Assembly (NCBI GenBank): GCA_001817345.1 | Contig: MHIE01000019.1 | Span: forward strand, 10,380-74,379 | Source of the DNA: Candidatus Buchananbacteria bacterium RIFCSPHIGHO2_01_FULL_44_11 | Lineage (GTDB): Bacteria; Patescibacteriota; Patescibacteriia; Buchananbacterales; UBA6539 | Reading direction: 5' to 3' | Length of the DNA stretch: 64,000 bases | Part shown: positions 46,007 through 56,309 of the stretch, in pieces | Layout: each line of letters opens with the position of its first letter | Numbering within the stretch: position 1 is the first letter of the stretch | The notes under the pieces: model-generated | What the model was told of the DNA's origin: nothing | Seen by the model: only the letters and a program-made list of their open reading frames with translations | The model's database searches: none | Made by a program: the position numbers and the translations under genes

Positions 46007-46592
46007 GATGAGGCCGAATGGTGAAAAAACAGACGTCGGTACTATCGTTTCAGAAGAAACAGTGTTCGGTGACGGATTCCTTCCGGTGATCAAACGCGTG
46101 GTCCGGACGCCGGATGGCCAGACGCGAGAACCACAGCTGCTGTGGGACCGCACCGGCAAAGAATTCGTTGTCGCCGTTGCCATCGGGCCGGACGACAAAT
46201 TTGTCCTCGTCAAAGAGCCAAAGTATGGTCAGATGGAATACTCCGTCGGACCGGCGATCGGCGCCATTAAGCAAGGAGAGGACATAATCAACGCGGCCGG
46301 TCGGGTGTTACTGGCAGAAACCGGCTACAAGGTAGAAAGGTGGTATCACTTGATTACCGGAACCGTGATTGAAATTCCGGACAAGAGCGACGGCGGCGGC
46401 CACCACCTTATGATCGGCATAAACGCGGTCAAAAAAAGAGAGCCGGAGAGTGGCTGCCAAGTTATATTGGCTTCCCGCCAGGCAGTCGAGGATATGCTCT
46501 GGGGAAGAAGTTCACTACGGATTGACCGGGCAATGGGAATCGCCGCTATGTTTTTGGCGATACAATTCCTGGCAGACCGCAATTTGTGTTAA
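46007..46592 (+). CDS. NUDIX hydrolase-like protein, GC-rich (~54%) gene
   Basis: GAIKQGEDIINAAGRVLLAETGY is a degenerate Nudix box. AAGGAG RBS before the ATG at 46007 (the ORF-track start at 45948 is probably too far upstream). Confidence 0.55.
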
Positions 46593-46619
46593 CCAGTCCA
46601 ATCCTGCTAGCTGAAGGTT

Positions 46620-46668
46620 AATCTTGCGATGACTCACAAAAATGAGCATTGTCGCAAGATTTTTTTTA
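46620..46668 (+). terminator. Rho-independent terminator
   Basis: aatcttgcga...tcgcaagatt stem plus T8. Confidence 0.5.
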
Positions 46669-46751
46669 GATTGAATAAACGATGATTTCTAGTTTCCGTG
46701 AATAGCGAAATTCGTTCTTACTCTTAAAACCAATGTATTTTAGTATATTTT

Positions 46752-46880
46752 GTCATTGCGAGGAGCGAACGGCAGTGAGTGACGAAGCAATCTGACGCGA
46801 AGCGTCATCCCGAGGGAACCGAGGGATCTGTCTTGCCAAGGGGATTGCTTCGTCCCGATTCCGTCGGGACTCGCAATGAC
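46752..46880. repeat. MITE-like gtcattgcgag family element, ORF-less copy
   Basis: Same termini and identical 75-bp core as 15247-15403. Internal hairpin gtcccgattccgtcgggac. Confidence 0.6.
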
Positions 46881-47101
46881 ACTAAAGAATAAGTAAATAT
46901 AGATAAATTTGAATTTCACCCTTCACGCTGATTTAGATTGACAATTTCGCTAAAATCGCTTATATTTTAGCTATACCCCGTTAAAAGTCCAGAGTTTATT
47001 TTTTTCAACACTATAATTGATATCTTGAATCCTCTGATTAAACATATCTTTTAAACTTCTAATGGGGCATATCTTAAAATCAGCTGCTTGGTCTAGAATC
47101 T

Positions 47102-48505
47102 ATGGAAAGCAAGTCTTTAACTAAATCCGCCAAAAAAAATCTCCTAATTGTCGGAGACTTAATCATTCTTTTTTCCAGCCTTTGGCTGACTCTTTTTTTG
47201 CGCTATGGTTTGACGGTTGATTATGATTTGTGGCAGGCTCATCTTTTCCCTTTTAGCGTTATCATCATCATCTTTTTGATTATTTTTTATATTGAAGATT
47301 TTTATGAACTGGGCATCGGCAAAGGCAAGGTGGATTTGCTCAACCGCTTGATCCAGGTCATTGTCATTGGCAGCGCCTTTTCTTTTACCTTCTTTTACAT
47401 CGGCGCCAATCGTTTATTCACTATTAGACCACAGAGAGTATTTTTTATTTACATCGCCATCGCCGCGATTTTAATTTATCTCTGGCGATTATGGTTTTAT
47501 CAAGTCGCCCGCTCGCCCAAAATTGCCGACGGCGTCCTTTTTATTGGCTACAATAAAAAAGTCGGAGAAATTATCAAACAAATCCAAAAGCGGCCGGAAC
47601 TGGGTTTTCAAGTCAGAGCGATAATGCCGGTAACAAACGGCCAAACCGAACCAATCCCCGATGAATATCAGAACCTCGTGGTAGCAGCCGACTTGAATCA
47701 ACTTAAAGAAATCTGCCAGAAAATCGAGGTTCAGACAATTATTACCACCGTCCATCCGCGGGAAGACAAAAATTTACTCAAAAATTTGTTTAATTGCTTA
47801 TCGCTGAAAATTAGTTTTTTTGAATTGGCGAAATTCTACGAAAATATTACCGGTAAAATTCCGGTTACGACCATTGAACAAATCTGGTTTTTGGAAAATT
47901 TAACCGAAAGCAAGAAAAGAACTTACAATCTAATTAAAAACATTGCTGACGTTATAATTTCAATAATTTTATTGATAATTTCCCTGCCTTTACTGCCTTT
48001 TATTATTTTAGCCGTTAAAACTACCAGCTCGGGGCCAATATTTTTTACCCAGGTCAGAATGGGCAAAGACGGCAAAACTTTCACCGCCATAAAATTCAGA
48101 ACCATGGTCACGGGTGCCGAGTCTAACGGACCGCAATGGGCGGCCAAAAATGACCCGCGCATCACCCGGGTCGGTAAATTTTTAAGAAAAACCAGAATTG
48201 ATGAAATCCCCCAGCTGATTAATGTCTTAAAAGGAGAAATGAGTTTAATCGGCCCGCGGCCGGAACGACCGGAGTTTGTCGAACAGTTGAAGAACCAGAT
48301 TCCGTTCTACCAGGAAAGGCTGATGATTAAACCCGGCCTGACCGGCTGGGCTCAAGTGATGGGGCCAAACTACGGCGGTTCGCTGGAAGAAACCATGGAA
48401 AAAATCCAATATGATCTTTATTACATAAAAAACCGGTCACTCGCCTTGGATTTGAGCATCTTACTTAAAACGATTAGAACCGTGCTAACTAAAAAAGGCC
48501 AATAA
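47102..48505 (+). CDS. Polyprenyl-phosphate sugar phosphotransferase (WbaP/bacterial sugar transferase family), initiating enzyme
   Basis: Five TM N-terminal region, then C-terminal LIGPRPERPEFV...GLTGWAQV. Confidence 0.85.
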   Translation: MESKSLTKSAKKNLLIVGDLIILFSSLWLTLFLRYGLTVDYDLWQAHLFPFSVIIIIFLIIFYIEDFYELGIGKGKVDLLNRLIQVIVIGSAFSFTFFYIGANRLFTIRPQRVFFIYIAIAAILIYLWRLWFYQVARSPKIADGVLFIGYNKKVGEIIKQIQKRPELGFQVRAIMPVTNGQTEPIPDEYQNLVVAADLNQLKEICQKIEVQTIITTVHPREDKNLLKNLFNCLSLKISFFELAKFYENITGKIPVTTIEQIWFLENLTESKKRTYNLIKNIADVIISIILLIISLPLLPFIILAVKTTSSGPIFFTQVRMGKDGKTFTAIKFRTMVTGAESNGPQWAAKNDPRITRVGKFLRKTRIDEIPQLINVLKGEMSLIGPRPERPEFVEQLKNQIPFYQERLMIKPGLTGWAQVMGPNYGGSLEETMEKIQYDLYYIKNRSLALDLSILLKTIRTVLTKKGQ

Positions 48506-48546
48506 TCTTTAGAGGCGTCAAGTTAAAAAAATAAATAATTAACGCT

Positions 48547-49215
48547 ATGGCTCACTACCTAGAAGTAATGTATGCAAAAAATTTAAAGCCGGTGACCGAC
48601 TACCCGAATAAATTATGTGCTTACCTATTCAATAGATTTGCCATGACAAAAGGAACGACTGTAGTTGATGTGGGTTGCGGTCGAGGAGATTTTATAGAAG
48701 CATTTAGAAAATTAGATCTCAATGCTATAGGACTAGACCGAGAAATAGTTACTTTAAACGACCCAAGCATAGATTTTCACGGCAATATTAATTTTGAAAA
48801 AGATAATTTTCCACTGCCAGATGCAACTGTTGATGTTGTCTTCTCTAAGTCAGTAATAGAACATATACACAATCCAGAGCAATTCATGCATGAAATTAAA
48901 CGAATACTCAAGCCGGGTGGCAGGGTGATTATTATGACGCCCGACTGGCAAAGCCAAGTGTATACTTTTTATAATGACTACACTCACGTTCAACCTTATA
49001 TCACGTCCGGCCTGGCTAATTTGTTAAAGTTATCTGATTTTCACGATGTCCAGTCTGAACTTTTTTATCAATTACCTTCCGTTTGGCGCTGGCCTTTTCT
49101 AAGAATAATACTCAAGCCTCTTAGACTATTATGGCCCGTCAAAAAGATGAAAAAAAGCAGTTACTGGCGCTGGTCACGTGAGCTAATGATCCTGGGCACT
49201 GGTACTAAAAAATAG
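48547..49215 (+). CDS. Class I SAM-dependent methyltransferase
   Basis: VVDVGCGRGDF motif I. Confidence 0.7.
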   Translation: MAHYLEVMYAKNLKPVTDYPNKLCAYLFNRFAMTKGTTVVDVGCGRGDFIEAFRKLDLNAIGLDREIVTLNDPSIDFHGNINFEKDNFPLPDATVDVVFSKSVIEHIHNPEQFMHEIKRILKPGGRVIIMTPDWQSQVYTFYNDYTHVQPYITSGLANLLKLSDFHDVQSELFYQLPSVWRWPFLRIILKPLRLLWPVKKMKKSSYWRWSRELMILGTGTKK

Positions 49216-49272
49216 AATGATAAAAAAATTACCTGCCGGTTACCGGCAGGTAATTTTACAACATTTGGAAAA

Positions 49273-50451
49273 CTAATTTGTTAATTTAAAAATTATTGCC
49301 TCAAGTTCTTGTGCCAGCTTAGAATAATGAAACACTCCAGACATGCGCCGAAAACAATGCTGGCCTAGCCTCAGCCGCAGAGCATTATCAGTGCCCAGAG
49401 CGCTGATTTTTTGGGCCAAATCGGCCTGGTCATTGGTTTTAAAAGTTAAGTTTGGATTTCCCACGATCCATTCCAGCGCCCCGCCGGAAAAAACCAGGGT
49501 AGGCAAACCCAGCGCCATCGCTTCCAAACCAATCACGGCACTGCATTCGCGCCGCCAGCGAGGCACAATAAAAATATCCGACTCAACCAAAAAATGAACC
49601 ATCGCCTGATAATCAACCCAGCCGGGAAATTCAACGTAATTTTCCAGACCCAAATCCTTGGCCATTTTAATTAAGCTGTCCCGCTCCGGTCCGTCGCCGC
49701 CTAAGACTAATCGAAATTTATCTTTATTGGTTAAAAGAGAAAACGCTTTTAAGACCAAATCAAAACCTTTTTCTTTAATCATCCGTCCGGTGCAGTAAAG
49801 CTGGACGATTTTTTTAGTCGCTTGTCTTTTTTCCAAAATCTCGGCCATGGCCATGCCGGCGGCCGAAAGCAGCCGCCGATCGTCAACAAAATCCAGCATA
49901 ATTCTAGAAGGCACTTTTGGGCTTAAGCCAAAATTATAATAAGCCTGCTGGATAAAGGGCGTAGTAAAAATAAAAAAATCCAGCCGGTTAGCTAAATTAC
50001 CGCCAAGATATTTTTCCGCCAAATAGCGCAGACGATTTTTCAAGCGCTTTAAAACGCTAAATTGTTTTTCTTTTTGGCCGTCTTCACTTGGCCAGGAGAT
50101 AAATTCCCGGTTATAAAAAGCCACCACCGGAATTTTTCCGCCAAAAAGTCGATAAAGACCAGCGCCATACATATACTGGCCTTCAACATGAAAAATATCA
50201 GCCTGAGAGGAATATTTTTTTAACCGCTGCCAAATCTGATACTGCACCGGCAGCTGATGAAAAGTTTTGAACTGCTCGGCAACTACTGAGTAAGGCAGGG
50301 CTTTATCAATTTTATTCTTGTGCGAATAAACCGTCACCACTTTAACCTCATGACCCAGCTTTTGGAGATTTTCGGCCTTGAGATCTAAATCGGTGATTGA
50401 GCCGCCGGCAGTGACAAAATTAAGTTTGGAAGTGACAAAAATTATCCTCAT
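49273..50451 (-). CDS. Glycosyltransferase family 4
   Basis: GT-B fold; C-terminal E..7E region. Confidence 0.75.
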   Translation of the reverse strand: MRIIFVTSKLNFVTAGGSITDLDLKAENLQKLGHEVKVVTVYSHKNKIDKALPYSVVAEQFKTFHQLPVQYQIWQRLKKYSSQADIFHVEGQYMYGAGLYRLFGGKIPVVAFYNREFISWPSEDGQKEKQFSVLKRLKNRLRYLAEKYLGGNLANRLDFFIFTTPFIQQAYYNFGLSPKVPSRIMLDFVDDRRLLSAAGMAMAEILEKRQATKKIVQLYCTGRMIKEKGFDLVLKAFSLLTNKDKFRLVLGGDGPERDSLIKMAKDLGLENYVEFPGWVDYQAMVHFLVESDIFIVPRWRRECSAVIGLEAMALGLPTLVFSGGALEWIVGNPNLTFKTNDQADLAQKISALGTDNALRLRLGQHCFRRMSGVFHYSKLAQELEAIIFKLTN

Positions 50452-50454
50452 AAA

Positions 50455-51474
50455 CTACATATTGCCGAATTCGATTTGGGTTTTAATCCAAGGAATCAGC
50501 TCATCAAGCATTTGGCTCAAATCGGTTTTCGCCTCAAAACCCAGTAATTTTTTGGCTTTCTTTGTGCTCGGCTGGCGTTTCCTGACGTCATGGATCATCG
50601 GTTCATCCGAAACGTAATTAAACGGCTGATCCGGATTAATTTTATTCCAAATCAACTCGGCCAGTTCTAAAACCGTGGTTGATTGAGCAGTCGAAATATT
50701 GAAATCTTGGTTAATCGCTTCCTTACTCTCAATCGCTAGGCGGATACCGGCAGCTAAATCCCCGCCATAAGTATAATGACGAATCTGCTTGCCATCGCCT
50801 AAAATACGCAAAGGATCCTGGCCTTTCAGGACTTTTTGGACTAAATCCGGCACCACATGGCTCATGGCCAGCTTAATGTTACCGGAAATTATCTCTTTGG
50901 TGTTTTTGGCTTTTTGTTCACCAGTGCCGACGACATTAAACGGCCGGATAATGGTGTAAGGCAGTTGATACTGCTCCCAGCCGCCTTTGGCAAAATATTC
51001 GCACATCAATTTTTGAAAACCATAAGTGGACTGCGGCGGCGGACAAAGAGCCTGGTCCCCTTCCACGCTTGGGTACTTAGCGGTTGACTCAAAAGCACTG
51101 GAGGAAGAAATAACATTAACTTTTTTAAGTTTTTTATTTTTAAAAGCCCAAAGCGCCGCATCAAAGGAAGAGGCCACAATCCGTTCATTTTCAGCGATCA
51201 GGTCATAAGCAAATTCATGGAAATAATTTATCCCGCCCACCATCGCCGCGTTAAAAAGCGCTTGATCGCAATCCTGAATCAAATGTTTCATCAGTTCCAC
51301 GTCTTTAGCGTCCCCTTCGGTAAAAAAATAATTGGGATTATGGTCGTAACTTTTTTCCACTTTGCCGTATTTACTGTAATTATCAACACCCACGACCTGG
51401 TGGCCGTGCTTTAATAACTCGTCAACCAAATAGCCAGCGATAAAGCCCGCTGAGCCACTAACTAAAATTTTCAT
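50455..51474 (-). CDS. NAD-dependent nucleotide-sugar epimerase/dehydratase
   Basis: MKILVSGSAGFIAGYLVDEL Rossmann; YxxxK. Confidence 0.7.
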   Translation of the reverse strand: MKILVSGSAGFIAGYLVDELLKHGHQVVGVDNYSKYGKVEKSYDHNPNYFFTEGDAKDVELMKHLIQDCDQALFNAAMVGGINYFHEFAYDLIAENERIVASSFDAALWAFKNKKLKKVNVISSSSAFESTAKYPSVEGDQALCPPPQSTYGFQKLMCEYFAKGGWEQYQLPYTIIRPFNVVGTGEQKAKNTKEIISGNIKLAMSHVVPDLVQKVLKGQDPLRILGDGKQIRHYTYGGDLAAGIRLAIESKEAINQDFNISTAQSTTVLELAELIWNKINPDQPFNYVSDEPMIHDVRKRQPSTKKAKKLLGFEAKTDLSQMLDELIPWIKTQIEFGNM

Positions 51475-51512
51475 AAAATTAGACGCTTAAAAATTAATCT
51501 CCGTATATAAGT

Positions 51513-52745
51513 TTACCGCCAAAAGCCCCAGACGTCAATAAAAATTTTTTTCGGATATTTTTTAGGGTCAATTTTTTTGTAATCTTTATGAGGCGTAGCT
51601 AAAATCACGACGTCTGATTTGTCTAAAACTTCATCCAAAGATAACAATGCTTCGTCCTTAATATAGACATCGTGACAGCGAACCGTGCCGAATTCAAATT
51701 CGGCGATCTTTTTTAATTTGTAGGACAAACTATCTCGCTTGTTATCCGATTCCCTCTTAAAAGCCATGCCTAAAATGCCGACATTAATATAACCAAGCTT
51801 AGTTATTGAATTGGATGCTTGAAGTTTCTTTTTAACAACTTCTATCACAAACTTAGGCAGGCCCTCATTAACCAGCATGGCCGCCTGGCCCAAAGAAAAA
51901 TTATTGTTGGAAAAAGCGGAAATCTGCATCGTGTCTTTAAGCAGGCAGGGACCGGCGGCAAAGCCGGCGCCGGGCAAATTTTTGGCCCGATCGTAATCTT
52001 GAGTCATGGCTTGATAAATCGCCCCATAGTCAGCGCCAAAACTTTCGGCAATCATGTAAAATTGGTTGCTTGCGGCAAAACTGATATAGCGCCAGGCGTT
52101 AGTAAAAAGCTTGGCTAACTCCGCTTCCATTGGCTTAACCGTCACCAATTTATCGGTAATTTTATTAAATAGGTCGTAAGCCACCTTTTCCGTATTTTGG
52201 TCAAAAGCAGAAATGATCTGGGGCAGGCTCATCAGCTCGTCAATGGCTTTGCCCTCGGCGATTCGTTCCGGGCAAAAAGCGACCTTAATTTTTTTACCCT
52301 GGCCTTCAAAATATTTCTGGACTTTTTTACTCGTCCCCGGATAAACCGTACTGCGCAAAATCAAAACTTGATCATCGCTAAAGTAATCAAAATAATTTTT
52401 GATCACGCCCATAATGGCCTTGAAGTCCGGATTTAAATACTCGTCAATTGGCGTGCCGACAACCAATAAAACTAGCTTACTGTCTTTAATCGCTTCAGCT
52501 GAATCGGAAGTAAATAAAGTTTTGTTCTCCAGCGCTTGCTTTAAGCTCTCGGGGCCCTGATTTTCTTTAAAGGGAAAAACCCCGGCTGAAATCTGACTCA
52601 AAGCCTCTTTGTTTAAATCGTAAATTACGGTTTTAACTCCCTTGAGGGCAAAAACAACGGCCAAAGGCAGGCCCACCCGGCCGGCGCCGCCGACAATGCA
52701 TAAATCGTATTTCTGGCTTTTGCTCGAATGTTTAAAATCTAACAT
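51513..52745 (-). CDS. Nucleotide-sugar dehydrogenase (UDP-glucose/GDP-mannose 6-dehydrogenase family)
   Basis: CIVGGAGRVGLPLAVVFA N-terminal Rossmann; central and C-terminal UDPG_MGDP_dh domains. Confidence 0.75.
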   Translation of the reverse strand: MLDFKHSSKSQKYDLCIVGGAGRVGLPLAVVFALKGVKTVIYDLNKEALSQISAGVFPFKENQGPESLKQALENKTLFTSDSAEAIKDSKLVLLVVGTPIDEYLNPDFKAIMGVIKNYFDYFSDDQVLILRSTVYPGTSKKVQKYFEGQGKKIKVAFCPERIAEGKAIDELMSLPQIISAFDQNTEKVAYDLFNKITDKLVTVKPMEAELAKLFTNAWRYISFAASNQFYMIAESFGADYGAIYQAMTQDYDRAKNLPGAGFAAGPCLLKDTMQISAFSNNNFSLGQAAMLVNEGLPKFVIEVVKKKLQASNSITKLGYINVGILGMAFKRESDNKRDSLSYKLKKIAEFEFGTVRCHDVYIKDEALLSLDEVLDKSDVVILATPHKDYKKIDPKKYPKKIFIDVWGFWR

Positions 52746-52750
52746 ATAAT

Positions 52751-53731
52751 TTATTTAGTAATCATTGTATTAAAGAATTCTTGTACTTTTTTAGCGATAA
52801 AAACATCGGTTGCCTGGCGTGATTCAAATGTACTACCGCCAATATGCGGGGTAATAATCACATTGCTGTTTTTTTGGGCATACTCAACCAACGGCTGAGA
52901 AGAAAAATTTTGTTTGAAATTCAACTCATCGGCTAAAACGTCAGCGGCAAAACCGGCAATCTTTTTTTCAGTCAAGGCCTGGAGTAAATCTTTTTCATTA
53001 ACAATGTCGCCGCGGGCGGTATTGATTAAGTAAGCTGTATTTTTTACCCGGGCAAAGGCTTCAGCGTTAAACATGTCTTTTGTTTCTTCGTTTAGATGAA
53101 CGTGAATGGAAATGATATCACTATTTGAAAGTAAATCGCTGAATTCAACTTTTTGACAATGGTTTTCAATGAATTCCTTGTCTTTAAGATAAGGATCGCA
53201 AGCAATAACCTTCATGCCAAAAGCGTTGCCGTAACGCGCCATTATTTTACCCAGCCGGCCCAGGCCGACTAAACCCAAGGTTTTACCGGAAAGACTATGG
53301 CCAGTAAACTTAGTACTTTCCCACTGATAGTTTTTAACCGCGGCAACGCCGTCGACAAGGTGCCGAGCTAAGGCAATCGCTAAACCAAAGGCTAATTCGG
53401 CCGTGCTGGTAATAGTGTTTAAGAATTCCGTCTCCCCGCGCAGACTGATGACCTTGATCTTTTTGATTTTGGCGTAACCAACGTTAACATGATCCAAGCC
53501 GGTGGTAGCGGTGGCAATCACTTTAAGATTCGGCGCCAAGTTAATAATTTCCTTGGTCACCACCACGCCAAGTTGAAGGACTAAAACGTCGGCTTTGACG
53601 ATTTCGACGGCCAAAATTTTTTGATCCGGCCCGATCATTTTTACTTCGCCCAATGACGACAGAATCTCCTTGGCGGCTTGAGGGTAATTGCCGCCGACGG
53701 CGTTAATGATTTTGAGTTTATTTTTACTCAT
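52751..53731 (-). CDS. D-isomer-specific 2-hydroxyacid dehydrogenase family
   Basis: GLVGLGRLGKIMA NAD-binding motif and catalytic His/Glu region. Confidence 0.8.
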   Translation of the reverse strand: MSKNKLKIINAVGGNYPQAAKEILSSLGEVKMIGPDQKILAVEIVKADVLVLQLGVVVTKEIINLAPNLKVIATATTGLDHVNVGYAKIKKIKVISLRGETEFLNTITSTAELAFGLAIALARHLVDGVAAVKNYQWESTKFTGHSLSGKTLGLVGLGRLGKIMARYGNAFGMKVIACDPYLKDKEFIENHCQKVEFSDLLSNSDIISIHVHLNEETKDMFNAEAFARVKNTAYLINTARGDIVNEKDLLQALTEKKIAGFAADVLADELNFKQNFSSQPLVEYAQKNSNVIITPHIGGSTFESRQATDVFIAKKVQEFFNTMITK

Positions 53732-54630
53732 AATAATTTTTGATTAATTGGCTTTCTGGCAACAACCAAAACATGCTGACCCCATTTTTCCGAGCACATC
53801 CAGGGATGCCGCTTTGGCCAAATCATTTTTCTGATCGCCAAAACCAGATACCAGAGCCAGACTAAAAACTTCTCAATTTTAGGCGACATCACGGTAAAAG
53901 GAAAGGCCGGCGAGTAAGACAAAGAAGGCACCGGAAAAATGCCACCTTGGTATTCAATGGCCGCTCCCAAACTGCGCAAAACCTCAATATAAATTTCAGA
54001 ACCGTGATCACTGCGATAAAGGGGTTTTTTAGGAGCTTTCTCCGCTTTATTGACTAACTTAAGCTTGGTTAATAACCCATGAACGAATTTCAAAAATAAG
54101 TTGATAAAACCAAAGGCCTTTTGGACCGACCATTTGCCCGGCACGATATTAGAGATAATAATGCCGCCTGGTTTAAGCACCCGATATTGTTCGATTAGCG
54201 CTTGTCGGTAATCCTCAAAATGCTCCAATAAACCACAATGCACAATCACGTCAAAATAGTTATCGCTAAACGACATATGCAAAGCGTCTTCGCAAACGTA
54301 ATGGGCCGGCAGGTTGTTTTCTTTAAATATATCCTTAGCCACTGCCAAAATTTCTGCTGAAGTATCCAAAAGATAGCAGTCAAAACCATGGGCGGCAAAA
54401 TAACAGGAAATTGAACCCCGACCCGAACCAGGCTCTAAGACTTTCATTCCCGGCTGAGGATTCTTGATGAATGAACTGTAAACTTTCCATTGATTCTTAA
54501 AAGACATCATGATTTGGTTTGTCGGCCTGCCGCTGGTGTAATAATTCTGACGGGCCTCGTGACTGCGAATTTTCCAATTATCATCAAATTCAACTACTGA
54601 ACCTTTTTTGTATTGGCTTTGGTCGGTCAT
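53728..54630 (-). CDS. Class I SAM-dependent methyltransferase
   Basis: VLEPGSGRGSIS motif I. The 5' end overlaps the neuA-like 3' end by 41 nt. Confidence 0.6.
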   Translation of the reverse strand: MTDQSQYKKGSVVEFDDNWKIRSHEARQNYYTSGRPTNQIMMSFKNQWKVYSSFIKNPQPGMKVLEPGSGRGSISCYFAAHGFDCYLLDTSAEILAVAKDIFKENNLPAHYVCEDALHMSFSDNYFDVIVHCGLLEHFEDYRQALIEQYRVLKPGGIIISNIVPGKWSVQKAFGFINLFLKFVHGLLTKLKLVNKAEKAPKKPLYRSDHGSEIYIEVLRSLGAAIEYQGGIFPVPSLSYSPAFPFTVMSPKIEKFLVWLWYLVLAIRKMIWPKRHPWMCSEKWGQHVLVVARKPINQKLL

Positions 54631-55324
54631 AGTTTATTTTATTCTTCATTATTAACTCGGCCAGCTTCCAGTCTCTGGGGCCGTCAATATTAACCCAAAG
54701 TTCTGTCGGCATGACGTAAGGCAGACAATGGCCGCCCTTAAAAGTCTTTTTATGAACTAAAGTATTTCTCCGGGTGGCATAAATCGCGCCGTTTCTGATA
54801 TAAATCTGGTCTTTCTGCCTTGAAGCATTCTCGATTTTTCTATTGTCAATATCGACCAATTGATCATTAACGATATATTTCATCCATTCCGGATTAATGC
54901 CTGGACTGCGGACGACGCTGATCACTGAATCGGCCCGGCTGGCAATTAATTTTTGGAGTGACTGGTCAATGTCTTTGGCGGTTTTTAACGGCGTTGTCGG
55001 CTGAAGCATAACCACCAGATCATAGCGATAACCAAAAAGCTTTTCGGTCTGAAAAACGGCGTGGATGACGGCGTCGATTGACGAAGCCTTGTCCGTCGCT
55101 AAAAATTTTGGCCGCTTAATCACTACTAACCCGAATTGACGGGCTAAACCCAAAATTTTTTCACTGTCTGAAGAGACCACAATGTCAGTGATTAATTTGC
55201 TTTTTTTGGCCGCCAAAATAGTATAAGCAATCAAAGGCCGGCCTAAAAGTTTTTTTAAATTTTTATTTTTTATTCCCTTTGACCCACCGCGAGCCGGAAT
55301 AACCGCCAAAATTTTAGGCTTCAT
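54590..55324 (-). CDS. CMP-nonulosonic acid synthetase (acylneuraminate cytidylyltransferase family, NeuA/PseF/LegF-like)
   Basis: ILAVIPARGGSKGIKNKNL is the CTP_transf_3 motif. Confidence 0.8.
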   Translation of the reverse strand: MKPKILAVIPARGGSKGIKNKNLKKLLGRPLIAYTILAAKKSKLITDIVVSSDSEKILGLARQFGLVVIKRPKFLATDKASSIDAVIHAVFQTEKLFGYRYDLVVMLQPTTPLKTAKDIDQSLQKLIASRADSVISVVRSPGINPEWMKYIVNDQLVDIDNRKIENASRQKDQIYIRNGAIYATRRNTLVHKKTFKGGHCLPYVMPTELWVNIDGPRDWKLAELIMKNKINYDRPKPIQKRFSS

Positions 55325-55340
55325 AAAAAGTAATTAATGG

Positions 55341-56309
55341 TTAAAAAACTTTTTTATCGTCCCAATTATCAATCCATTGTCCGTCAACCAGGCTAGCAAA
55401 TCGACCGCGATAATAGTCTCGGTTTAAAATTTCAGCCTGAGTCATTTCTCGATTTTTCTGCCCAAGCATAATCCGCCATTCTGGTATCTGTTCATTGATT
55501 ATTTGCTCCTGCTCAACTTTGGTCAAACGGCTGAATCCAATCAGTTCTTTTAGCTGATCAGAATTAATGGACACCGGACCATCTTTGGTTTGATCGTTGG
55601 CTAAAACTGTGAAATGCCTCTCAATTACGTCCGCACCCAGCTTCAGTGCCGTTTTTGCCGCCTGAAGACCATCTCGGGCGACGGCCGTGTGGTCGGACCA
55701 GCCAACCGAATCGGTAAACTGCCTTAACCATTCCAAACGGGCAAGATTACACATCTCTAAAGTATTGGGATAGCTGGTGACGCAATGCAAAAAGGTTAAT
55801 TTTTTGCCTCGGCTTTTAACCAGCTCAGCCGCTTTTTTAATTTCTTCATCAAAAGTGGCGCCAACCGAGATAATCAAATGGTCAAAAACATCGCAGAGTT
55901 CATTAAGCATCGGATAGCTGGCGCAGTCATAACTGGCGACTTTGACTATTTTTTCCGGCCAGTCCAGGCGGGCAGCCAGTTCAATTCTTTTTCTGGCAAA
56001 AATAGCAATCAGCGGCGTGATTTTATTTTTTTGAGCCAATTCAATAAACCATTTATAGTCATCTTCGGTCAAATCCAGCTGGCTTAACCTGGAGAATTCA
56101 GCCTGATATGGCCTTTTGATGGTTTTGACCACGCCATTGCTTTCGACATAGCCTTGATCAAAGCGCGGCCGGTGAGTCAAGTCTTCAGAAAAAATCATCT
56201 GGGTTTTGACATAATCAGCCCCGCCGGCCGCCGCCGCGGCCACTATTTGGCTCAAAATTTCCCGTTTGCCCAAATGATTTTGGCAGGCCTCAACGATTAT
56301 TTTTGTCAT
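55341..56309 (-). CDS. NeuB-family nonulosonic acid synthase paralog (no C-terminal SAF domain)
   Basis: TIM-barrel NeuB-like core (GADYVKTQ, HCVTSYP, SDHT); 322 aa. Confidence 0.65.
   Translation of the reverse strand: MTKIIVEACQNHLGKREILSQIVAAAAAGGADYVKTQMIFSEDLTHRPRFDQGYVESNGVVKTIKRPYQAEFSRLSQLDLTEDDYKWFIELAQKNKITPLIAIFARKRIELAARLDWPEKIVKVASYDCASYPMLNELCDVFDHLIISVGATFDEEIKKAAELVKSRGKKLTFLHCVTSYPNTLEMCNLARLEWLRQFTDSVGWSDHTAVARDGLQAAKTALKLGADVIERHFTVLANDQTKDGPVSINSDQLKELIGFSRLTKVEQEQIINEQIPEWRIMLGQKNREMTQAEILNRDYYRGRFASLVDGQWIDNWDDKKVF

Noticed and set aside
54590-54630. 41-nt overlap between neuA-like 3' end and methyltransferase 5' end as a frameshift or pseudogene signal
   Set aside because: Both ORFs are full-length relative to their families. 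The overlap is more simply explained by a downstream alternative start for the methyltransferase.
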